Source of the DNA: Clostridia bacterium
GTDB lineage: Bacteria > Bacillota > Clostridia > RUG12999
Direction: 5' to 3'
NCBI GenBank assembly: GCA_045577655.1
Contig: JAZNIU010000017.1
Coordinates: forward strand, 1 to 55,878
Length of the DNA: 55,878 nucleotides
The notes beneath the pieces are model-generated. The model had not been told where the DNA came from, ran no database searches, and was given only the letters and a program-made list of their open reading frames with translations. Below are positions 48,490 to 55,878 of the stretch, piece after piece (positions within the stretch are counted from its first letter, which is position 1; each line of letters starts with the position of its first letter). Made by a program: the position numbers and the translations under genes.

Positions 48490-49332
48490 ATGTTTAAAAT
48501 AGTGCGAAAAGTTGTTTTAAATCCAAGTGTAACAAGAATGGATATCTATGCCCCGAGAATAGCAAAGAAAGCTAAACCGGGGCAATTTATCATACTCAGG
48601 GTTAATGAATATGGGGAAAGAATACCACTAACCGTTGCTGATACCGATAAAACAGCAGGTACCGTTACAATCATTTTTCAAATTGTTGGCAAAACAACTT
48701 CTGTTTTAAATAAACTTGAAGAAGGGGACAGTATACTTGACTTTGTTGGTCCGCTTGGAGTTGCTTCTCATCTTGACGGCTACAAAAAAGTTGCTGTTAT
48801 AGGCGGCGGCCTTGGTACTGCGATTGCATATCCGCAGACAAAAGCTCTCCATCAACTTGGCAGCGAAGTTCATGCTATTTCAGGTTTCAGAAATACCGAA
48901 CTTATAATCCTTGAAGAGGAGCTTAATGCAGTTGCGGATAAAACTGTTATTATGACAGATGACGGTTCTAACGGAAACAAAGGTTTTGTTACTGATGCTC
49001 TGAAAACTCTTATTGAAGAGGGAAATAAATATGACCTTGTCATTGCAATCGGTCCGCTTGTTATGATGCGGGCTGTTTGTAATTTAACAAAAGAATACGG
49101 AATAAAAACAATAATAAGCATGAACCCTATAATGATAGACGGAACAGGTATGTGTGGCGTTTGCCGTGTTACTGTTGGCGGAGAAACAAAGTTTGCCTGT
49201 GTTGATGGTCCTGATTTTGACGGTCACCAGGTTGATTTTGATGAAGCTATCAGAAGGAGCCGTATTTACGCCGACCAGGAAAAACTTTCTAGAGATGAAG
49301 ATTGCAACCTTATGAAAAAGGAGGTTGAATAA
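48490..49332 (+). CDS. nfnA: NfnA/SudB-type FAD/[2Fe-2S] electron transfer subunit
   Basis: PGQF, ERIPLT, GPLG, GGGLG, TDDGS, MIDGTGMCGVCRV, CVDGPDF. Confidence 0.85.
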   Translation: MFKIVRKVVLNPSVTRMDIYAPRIAKKAKPGQFIILRVNEYGERIPLTVADTDKTAGTVTIIFQIVGKTTSVLNKLEEGDSILDFVGPLGVASHLDGYKKVAVIGGGLGTAIAYPQTKALHQLGSEVHAISGFRNTELIILEEELNAVADKTVIMTDDGSNGNKGFVTDALKTLIEEGNKYDLVIAIGPLVMMRAVCNLTKEYGIKTIISMNPIMIDGTGMCGVCRVTVGGETKFACVDGPDFDGHQVDFDEAIRRSRIYADQEKLSRDEDCNLMKKEVE

Positions 49333-49333
49333 T

Positions 49334-50725
49334 TTGGCTAATATGAATCCCGAGGTTACTCCAATGCCTCAACAGGCACCGGATGTGCGAAATAAAAACT
49401 TTTCCGAAGTTGCTTTAGGATATACAACCGAGCTTGCTATAGAAGAGGCTACTCGCTGCCTTCAGTGTAAAGAACCGCCTTGTGTAAGAGGGTGTCCGGT
49501 AAATGTAAGAATACCTGAATTTATAAAAGAAATAACAAATAACAACCTTGAAAATGCTTTTAAGATTATTTCTACCACAAATGCACTTCCTGCTGTCTGC
49601 GGGAGAGTTTGCCCTCAGGAACAACAATGTGAGGGAGTTTGTGTAAGAGGTATAAAGCATCAATCTGTCGGGATTGGCAGGCTTGAAAGATTTGTTGCCG
49701 ACTGGGCAAGAGAAAATGGAATCAGCAATTCTTTTGACGTTAAGAAAAACAATATTAAAATGGCGGTTATAGGCGCCGGTCCTGCCGGGCTTACCTGTGC
49801 CGGAGATTTGGCAAAACTTGGATATGATGTAACGATTTTTGAAGCGTTCCACGTTCCCGGCGGGGTTTTAATGTATGGAATTCCACAGTTCCGGTTGCCC
49901 AAAGAAATTGTTGAACGTGAAATTAACACACTAAAAGAACTTGGTGTTAAAATAGAACTTAATTCAGTTGTTGGCAGAATTTTTTCTATTGACGAACTTT
50001 TTGAAGAAGGATTTAGGTCGATATTCATTGGAACAGGAGCAGGATTACCATCTTTTTTGAATATTCCTGGAGAAAACTTAAATGGCGTTTTTTCAGCAAA
50101 TGAATTTTTAACACGAATAAATCTTATGAGAGGGTATAAATTCCCTGATTATGACACACCGATAAAAGTTGGCAAAACAGTTGCAGTTATTGGTGGCGGA
50201 AACGTTGCTATGGACGCTGCACGCTGCGCTAAACGTCTGGGTGCAGATAACGTTTATATTGTTTACAGAAGAAGTGAGGAAGAACTGCCTGCAAGAAAAG
50301 AAGAAGTTGAACACGCACGAGAAGAAGGTATTGAGTTTAAACTGCTCAACAATCCTATAGAGGTTATTGGCGATGAAGCAGGCAATGTTACCGGACTTAA
50401 ATGTGTTAAAATGGAACTTGGTGAGCTTGATTCTTCCGGTAGAAGAAATCCTGTTGAAATAAAAGGAACGGAATATACAATTGATGTTGATTCTGTTATA
50501 ATAGCAATAGGCCAAAAACCCAACAAACTTATAAAAGAAACAACACCTGGGCTTAATTCCAAAGACTGGGGAGGAATTGTTGCTGACGACGAAACCGGTG
50601 CTACTTCCAGAGAAGGCGTTTTTGCAGGCGGAGACGCTGTTACCGGTGCTGCAACGGTTATTCTTGCTATGGGTGCAGGAAAATCGGCGGCAAAAGCAAT
50701 GGACGATTATGTAAAATCATTATAA
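49334..50725 (+). CDS. nfnB: NfnB/SudA-type (glutamate synthase beta-like) oxidoreductase
   Basis: RCLQC..C..GCP, CGRVCPQE..C, GAGPAG, YGIPQFRL, GGGNVAMD, GGDAVTG; paired with the nfnA-like gene. Confidence 0.82.
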   Translation: MANMNPEVTPMPQQAPDVRNKNFSEVALGYTTELAIEEATRCLQCKEPPCVRGCPVNVRIPEFIKEITNNNLENAFKIISTTNALPAVCGRVCPQEQQCEGVCVRGIKHQSVGIGRLERFVADWARENGISNSFDVKKNNIKMAVIGAGPAGLTCAGDLAKLGYDVTIFEAFHVPGGVLMYGIPQFRLPKEIVEREINTLKELGVKIELNSVVGRIFSIDELFEEGFRSIFIGTGAGLPSFLNIPGENLNGVFSANEFLTRINLMRGYKFPDYDTPIKVGKTVAVIGGGNVAMDAARCAKRLGADNVYIVYRRSEEELPARKEEVEHAREEGIEFKLLNNPIEVIGDEAGNVTGLKCVKMELGELDSSGRRNPVEIKGTEYTIDVDSVIIAIGQKPNKLIKETTPGLNSKDWGGIVADDETGATSREGVFAGGDAVTGAATVILAMGAGKSAAKAMDDYVKSL

Positions 50726-50754
50726 AAGAAGGGTCGTTATGACCCTTCTTTTTT
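50724..50754. terminator. Bidirectional terminator
   Basis: AAAAGAAGGGTC-GTTAT-GACCCTTCTTTT, overlapping the stops of both convergent genes. Confidence 0.85.
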
Positions 50755-52071
50755 GGTTTCTATAAAAACATATTTGCTTAAAAACAAAAGCGTAATAACG
50801 TTTGGAAAAATCATTAGTCCATTTAAAATGTCAGAAACAGACCAGACAATTTCGAGACTTAAAACTGACCCAATGTATATGGCAAAAGAATATAAAATTT
50901 TATAACAAAGGATAGGGGATTTCTTCTCTCCAAAAAGATATTCTACGGCTTTTTCACCATAGAACCCCCAACCTAAAATGGTTGCAGCGGCAAAGAAAAC
51001 TATAGATAGTGCAATAAACGTTTCGCCAAACTCTCCGAAAACCGTTTTATATGCTGCCATTGTTAGCTCAATTCCGCTGATATTCTCTGAAAGAAGTTTT
51101 CCACCGTCTGCAGTAAGTATTACAAGACCTGTCATTGTGCACATAACCACTGTGTCAAGAAAGACTTCAAAAATCCCCCAAAGACCTTGCTTTTCGGCTG
51201 AATTTGTATTTGCAGATGCATGTGCAACCGGGGCAGATCCCATACCGGCTTCATTTGTAAAAACACCACGGGCAATGCCAAATTTTACTGATTTTGATGT
51301 TAAAAAACCAAAAACTCCCGACGATGCAGAGGAGACACTAAAAGCGTCATTTATAATTAAACTTACAGCAGCCGGAATTTGTTTTATGTTTAAAAAAAGA
51401 AATAATATTGTACCGAGTATAAAAAAGGCAGCCATTATGGGAACAATTATCTCATTTGCAGCAGCAATTTTTTTTGCACCGCCTATCATAATTATAAAAC
51501 ATATAATCGTCAAAAAAAAACCGACGGCTTTTGGTGACAAACCGAAGCTGGAGTTTAATGCTGTTGATACAGAGTTTGCCTGAACAGAGTTTCCGATTCC
51601 GAAAGATGAAAAAAGCAGCAAAACTGCAAAAATAGTACCAAGCAATTTTAGTCCCAGTCCTTTTTCAATATAGTACATAGGACCGCCGGAAAACAGGCCG
51701 TTTTTTGTAACTTTACGGTATTTGACAGCAAGTACAACTTCTGCATATTTTGTCATCATACCGAAAAATGCACTAATTACCATCCAGAACAGTGCACCGG
51801 GACCTCCAAAAGAAATTGCGGTTGCAACACCGGCAATGTTGCCCGTCCCAATTGTTCCGGCAAGGGCTGTTGACAGCGCCTGGAATGGTGAGATGCTGTT
51901 ATTATCTTTCGGTTTTTTAAATATTGAAAGAGCAGTGTTTTTGAACCAATAGGGGAAACGTCTGAATTGAAAAAAACCTGTACCAACTGTAAAATATATA
52001 CCGGTAAAAATAAGTAGACTGATTGTCGCCGGCCCCCACACAAAATTGTTTAAATAATCTAATGTTTTCAC
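50737..52071 (-). CDS. Alanine/glycine:cation symporter (AGCS family)
   Basis: ISPFQAL, GTIGTGNIAGVA, GGPGALFWM, GGPMYYI, RGVFTNEAGMGS, EVFLDT. Confidence 0.93.
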   Translation of the reverse strand: MKTLDYLNNFVWGPATISLLIFTGIYFTVGTGFFQFRRFPYWFKNTALSIFKKPKDNNSISPFQALSTALAGTIGTGNIAGVATAISFGGPGALFWMVISAFFGMMTKYAEVVLAVKYRKVTKNGLFSGGPMYYIEKGLGLKLLGTIFAVLLLFSSFGIGNSVQANSVSTALNSSFGLSPKAVGFFLTIICFIIMIGGAKKIAAANEIIVPIMAAFFILGTILFLFLNIKQIPAAVSLIINDAFSVSSASSGVFGFLTSKSVKFGIARGVFTNEAGMGSAPVAHASANTNSAEKQGLWGIFEVFLDTVVMCTMTGLVILTADGGKLLSENISGIELTMAAYKTVFGEFGETFIALSIVFFAAATILGWGFYGEKAVEYLFGEKKSPILCYKILYSFAIYIGSVLSLEIVWSVSDILNGLMIFPNVITLLFLSKYVFIETKKEGS

Positions 52072-52099
52072 GCCAAACTCCAGTATGTTTTTTATTTAA

Positions 52100-52128
52100 A
52101 CTGTATGTGGAGATGACAACATTTATTA
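52100..52128 (-). promoter_or_regulatory. Putative sigma-E promoter of the AGCS transporter
   Basis: Minus strand TAATAAA-N14-CATACAGT, matching sigma-E spacing and near-consensus boxes. Confidence 0.6.
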
Positions 52129-52130
52129 CA

Positions 52131-52376
52131 TCAGAAAAAATCGATAGTATTTTTTTTAAGCCCCTCAACCGCTTTATCAATTCTTGATTTTGCTTCGTCG
52201 CCGGATTTGCTATCTTCAATATAGCGTATTATATTGTTTCTTTCCTCCTGAGACAGTCTTGTGAAATGGTGAAGAGCAATTTCATTTTGATACAATGCCA
52301 TGCCAAATCCAATAGGCATATCAAGACCACTTGGGTCGGGATTTTTACCAATTCCAACAAAAACTTTATCCTGCAT
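52131..52376 (-). CDS. Small hypothetical protein (YdeI/OmdA-like helical domain)
   Basis: GGAGG SD; pattern P..F..AL..N..A...F..LS......I..I...K...E...RI.KA...L. Confidence 0.7.
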   Translation of the reverse strand: MQDKVFVGIGKNPDPSGLDMPIGFGMALYQNEIALHHFTRLSQEERNNIIRYIEDSKSGDEAKSRIDKAVEGLKKNTIDFF

Positions 52377-52428
52377 TTTTTCTTTTCCTCCAATAAAAAT
52401 TTATATAATTTTAGTATTTCTAAAATGT

Positions 52429-52457
52429 TTGACAATAATTCATATTTAATATATAAT
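52429..52457 (+). promoter_or_regulatory. Sigma-A promoter of the amidohydrolase gene
   Basis: TTGACA, 17 nt, TATAAT. Confidence 0.8.
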
Positions 52458-52493
52458 TTAATTAAAGAATTTAATGGAAAGGTTATTCGTTTT

Positions 52494-53777
52494 ATGAATA
52501 TTCTTATAAAAAATGCAACCATTATTCCTGCGGACGGAAAAACCAGTTTTCTGGAAAAACAGCATATTGTCATTGAAGGTAATACAATAACAAGTGTTAC
52601 CGGTGATGTTCCCGACGGGAAGTATGAGATTATCGATGCAAAAGACGGCATTGTTATGCCTGGCCTTGTAAATGCTCATACCCATTCTCCCATGTCTCTT
52701 TTAAGAGGTTATGCAGACGGTTTGCCGCTTGAAAAATGGCTTAATGATTATATTTTCCCAAAAGAATCACTGCTTACTTCACAAGATATTGTTCCTTCTG
52801 TGCTTGTAAGCATAATGGAAATGATTTCTTCCGGCACAACGCTTTTTGCCGATATGTACGATTTTGCGGAAGAAATTGCTGATGCTGTTGAAATGTCTGG
52901 CATAAAAGCTTTAATTTCAAGAGGAACAACCTATTTTGACCCATCTGTTTCTTTTTCTAAGCACCAAGGTGCTATCGAAGCGAAAAATCTTCTTAAAAGA
53001 CATGGTAGTGCAAATGGCAGAATAAAAGTTGGTTTTGCTCCGCATGCTGTTTACACAACAACTCCGGAATTTATTAAATATTATTCGGATTTGGCTTATG
53101 AAAACAATACAATTTTACATATTCATTTGTCCGAAACTATAAAAGAAAATGAGGAGTGCAAAAACAAATATGGTAAAACTCCCGTAGAGCTTTTGGAAAG
53201 CATTGAAGCATTTAAAGCAAAGACACTTGCAGCACATTGCGTTCATTTAACCGAAAATGACATGCAGATTTTAAGTGACAGAAACGTTTGTGTTGCACAT
53301 AACCCTACAAGTAATTTAAAGCTTGGAAGCGGAATTGCCGACACTGAAAAAATGCTTGAAAAGGGGATTGATATTTCTTTGGGAACAGACGGAGCTTCCA
53401 GCAATAACAGTTTGAACATGCTAAAAGAGCTTCAACTTGCGGCACTTGTTCCTTGCGGAAAAAGCATTAATCCGACAGCAGTTTCTGCCCAAAATGTAAT
53501 TGACTGGGCAACAAACGCTTCGGCTCTTGGATTTAACGATACAGGCGAAATTGGGCCGGGGAAGAAGGCAGATGTTGCAATTTTTTCCAAAGATGCACCT
53601 AATATGACGCCTTGCCACAACCCTGTTTCTGCTATTTGTTATTCCGCAAACAGCTCAAACCTTGATTATCTGCTTTGCGACGGTAAAATGATTTATAAAA
53701 AAGGTGAATTTATAACTATTGACAAAGAAAAAGTATTTTTTGAGTTTAACAAATCTATAAAAAGAATATTTAACTGA
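52494..53777 (+). CDS. Amidohydrolase, 5-methylthioadenosine/S-adenosylhomocysteine deaminase-like
   Basis: PGLVNAHTH, LLRGYAD, APHAVYT, HIHLSET, AAHCV, HNPTSNLKLGSG, GTDGASSNN. Confidence 0.88.
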   Translation: MNILIKNATIIPADGKTSFLEKQHIVIEGNTITSVTGDVPDGKYEIIDAKDGIVMPGLVNAHTHSPMSLLRGYADGLPLEKWLNDYIFPKESLLTSQDIVPSVLVSIMEMISSGTTLFADMYDFAEEIADAVEMSGIKALISRGTTYFDPSVSFSKHQGAIEAKNLLKRHGSANGRIKVGFAPHAVYTTTPEFIKYYSDLAYENNTILHIHLSETIKENEECKNKYGKTPVELLESIEAFKAKTLAAHCVHLTENDMQILSDRNVCVAHNPTSNLKLGSGIADTEKMLEKGIDISLGTDGASSNNSLNMLKELQLAALVPCGKSINPTAVSAQNVIDWATNASALGFNDTGEIGPGKKADVAIFSKDAPNMTPCHNPVSAICYSANSSNLDYLLCDGKMIYKKGEFITIDKEKVFFEFNKSIKRIFN

Positions 53778-53814
53778 AAAAGTTTTCATACTACCCAATA
53801 AAAAGGGGTGGTAT
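53764..53814 (+). promoter_or_regulatory. Sigma-G-type promoter of gpr with an SD-sequestering hairpin
   Basis: GAATA (53764-53768), 18 nt, CATACTA (53787-53793); ATACTACCC/GGGTGGTAT inverted repeat covers the SD. Confidence 0.7.
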
Positions 53815-53817
53815 CTT

Positions 53818-54756
53818 TTGAAAAATGTTCAGACTGACCTTGTTGTTGAAGCCCACGAAGATTATATGGAAAACAAAGCCGAAGATGCCGGCGGGGTGGA
53901 AAGCAGCGTTGTCAATATTGGTGATATAAAAAAGACGATTGTAAAAATAACTTCCGAGTCAGCAGAAAAATTATTACAAAAAAAACGCGGAAATTATGTT
54001 ACCATTGAATTTGAAAAAATTGATTACATGAATGATGACCAGATTGACAAGCTTGAAGAAATAGTTACTGACGAAATATTTCTTCTTCTTGAAAAAAGAA
54101 AAATCGGGCCAGACGAAAATGTACTTGTTGTAGGATTGGGGAATAAGGATATAACGCCTGACGCACTTGGGCCTCTTACCGTTTCAAAACTTGAAGTTAC
54201 CAGACATCTATTTGACGTTATTCCAAAACTCTCTAAAGAAAATTTTCGGCCCGTAAGTGCAATTTCTCCAGGGGTTCTTGGCAGCACGGGAATTGAAACC
54301 CAGGAAATAATCAAAGCAATTATAGAAAAAACAAAACCATCTGCCGTTATTGCGATAGACGCACTTGCTTCCAGGAGTACAACGAGACTTGGTAGAACAA
54401 TCCAGCTCGCAGATACCGGAATTTGCCCCGGCTCGGGTGTTGGAAACAAGAGAAAAGGACTTAATTTTGAGTCGCTTGGAATTCCGGTTATAGCGCTTGG
54501 AGTCCCCACCGTTGTTGATGCTGCAACCGTTGCAGACGATGCAATAGAAACGGCGATAGTAAGCATTAAAAACAAATTACCCGACCTTTCAGATCTGCTC
54601 GATTCCTTTAACGCGGACGAAAGATATAATTTTTTAAGACGTTCAATGGGTGATGAGGCAGCGGACATGATGGTAACCCCGAAAGAAATAGATTCTATTA
54701 TGAACAAAATTTCATCCCTTTTGGCTGATGGTATTAACTGTGCGCTTCAAAGGTAG
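53818..54756 (+). CDS. gpr: Germination protease (GPR endopeptidase)
   Basis: QTDLVVEA, LVVGLGN..ITPDALGP, VTRHL, PGVLGSTGIET, IDALASR, PGSGVGN, GVPTVVDA, VTPKEID. Confidence 0.95.
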   Translation: MKNVQTDLVVEAHEDYMENKAEDAGGVESSVVNIGDIKKTIVKITSESAEKLLQKKRGNYVTIEFEKIDYMNDDQIDKLEEIVTDEIFLLLEKRKIGPDENVLVVGLGNKDITPDALGPLTVSKLEVTRHLFDVIPKLSKENFRPVSAISPGVLGSTGIETQEIIKAIIEKTKPSAVIAIDALASRSTTRLGRTIQLADTGICPGSGVGNKRKGLNFESLGIPVIALGVPTVVDAATVADDAIETAIVSIKNKLPDLSDLLDSFNADERYNFLRRSMGDEAADMMVTPKEIDSIMNKISSLLADGINCALQR

Positions 54757-54765
54757 GAGGAAAAT

Positions 54766-55878
54766 ATGTATTTATTAGAAAGACCTGTTACCGACCTTAA
54801 AGGTGTTGGCGAAAACAGGGCAAAACTATTGTCAAAACTTAAAATTAAAACCATAAACGACCTGCTTTTTTACTTTCCGAGATATATCGAGGACAGAAGT
54901 AAAACGCAGCCGATTTTTTCTTTGACGGATGGTGTCAGCACCACCGTCAGGGCGGTTGTTGCCGGTAGACCGCAAAAAATGGTTATACGAAAAAATCTTA
55001 CGATATATACTATGCCTGTCCGCGACAATTCAGGTACAATGTATATGATCTGGTATAACAATAAGTATATCGAAAATGCATTTGTAGTTGGTAAAGAATA
55101 TAATTTTTTTGGAAAAACAGAAATCAAGTATGGCAAAAAACAAATGGAAAATCCAACTTACGAAGCATCCGATAAGGTTCTTCATACCGGCAGAATTGTT
55201 CCGGTTTATCCTCTGACAGAAAATCTTCATCAAAAATCCATCAGAATGATTATGAAAGAGTGCGTTGATGGAACAGTAGGGAACATTAACGATTATCTGC
55301 CTGCTTATATAAGAGAAAAATATGGCATTTGTGAACTGAATTTTGCATTGTCTGCAATACATTTCCCTGCGACTGCGGAAGAATATGAAATGGCAAGAAA
55401 AAGATTTATTTTTGAAGAATTTCTTTTTCTGCAGTTTGGTATGTTACATATAAAAAAATCAAAAAAAGATGTACAAGTTAAACCGATAAATACAGAACCA
55501 ATAAGCGATTTTACAAAAAATCTGTCTTTTACACTTACAAATGCGCAAAAAAAAGTAATTGGTGAAATTTCAGCAGATTTTTCTTCCGGAAAACCAATGA
55601 ACAGACTTATTCAGGGTGATGTTGGATCGGGGAAAACAATAGTGGCTTTCGCCTCAATGTTTGCCGTAAGGGAAGAGGGCAGACAAGCTGTTTTGATGGC
55701 ACCCACAGAAGTTTTGGCGAAACAACATTTTCTTTCTGCTCATGACTATTTTGAGAAAGATGAAATCGTTTTTTTAAGCGGCAGTATGTCCGCAAAGGAA
55801 AAGAAACTTTCTTTTGAAAAAATAAAAAGCGGGCAAGCGAAAATTATTGTCGGTACGCACGCACTTTTAGAAGATAAT
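54766..55878 (+). CDS. recG: ATP-dependent DNA helicase RecG, 3'-truncated by the window
   Basis: ATG follows AGGAGG; LKGVGE, DLLFYFPRYIEDRS, IVPVYP, IHFP, RFIFEE, FTLTNAQ, MNRLIQGDVGSGKT, MAPTEVLAKQH, VGTHAL. Confidence 0.94.
   Translation, partial: MYLLERPVTDLKGVGENRAKLLSKLKIKTINDLLFYFPRYIEDRSKTQPIFSLTDGVSTTVRAVVAGRPQKMVIRKNLTIYTMPVRDNSGTMYMIWYNNKYIENAFVVGKEYNFFGKTEIKYGKKQMENPTYEASDKVLHTGRIVPVYPLTENLHQKSIRMIMKECVDGTVGNINDYLPAYIREKYGICELNFALSAIHFPATAEEYEMARKRFIFEEFLFLQFGMLHIKKSKKDVQVKPINTEPISDFTKNLSFTLTNAQKKVIGEISADFSSGKPMNRLIQGDVGSGKTIVAFASMFAVREEGRQAVLMAPTEVLAKQHFLSAHDYFEKDEIVFLSGSMSAKEKKLSFEKIKSGQAKIIVGTHALLEDN

Noticed and set aside
48490-50725. Glutamate synthase annotation
   Set aside because: No large GltB subunit nearby; pairing with the PyrK-like subunit fits an NfnAB/SudAB transhydrogenase.
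52266-52493. Long N-terminal extensions in the ORF track (also at 6170, 9284, 11256, 16017, 32594)
   Set aside because: They cross promoters or neighbouring genes; downstream starts have SDs and match family N-termini.

Overview
Low-GC, spore-forming Clostridia-type chromosomal segment, almost all housekeeping: scpAB, rluB, murD, metG, glycolysis (fba; pgk-tpiA-gpmI-eno), ung, queG, guaB, mfd, pth, tRNA-Pro(GGG), mutS2, nfnAB-like pair, recG, and sporulation genes (gerW, dacB-like, spoVAC, SleB-like hydrolase, pdaB-like, gpr). Three things stand out. (1) A recombinase-less islet of about 1.9 kb sits in the 3' end of rlmD/rumA. It gives RlmD a new C-terminal extension of about 94 aa, carries an EEP-family hydrolase with a Cys-rich tail plus a PPP-type metallophosphatase, and leaves the displaced rlmD tail (HVECVALLCRK*) at 2423-2458. 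(2) A complete T-box riboswitch with a Tyr (UAC) specifier controls a six-gene operon: acyl-CoA ligase, iorA, iorB, paaK, ACT protein and an Mpv17/PMP22-like membrane protein. This points to aryl-acid salvage by reductive carboxylation to make aromatic amino acids, with a possible new type of uptake channel. (3) A recurring design has a hairpin burying the Shine-Dalgarno sequence and overlapping a sporulation-sigma-like promoter (dacB-like, SleB-like, gpr and, unexpectedly, eno). An unannotated 50-aa membrane ORF is coupled to spoVAC. No CRISPR array, IS or prophage was seen. All calls come from reading motifs by eye; no database searches were run.
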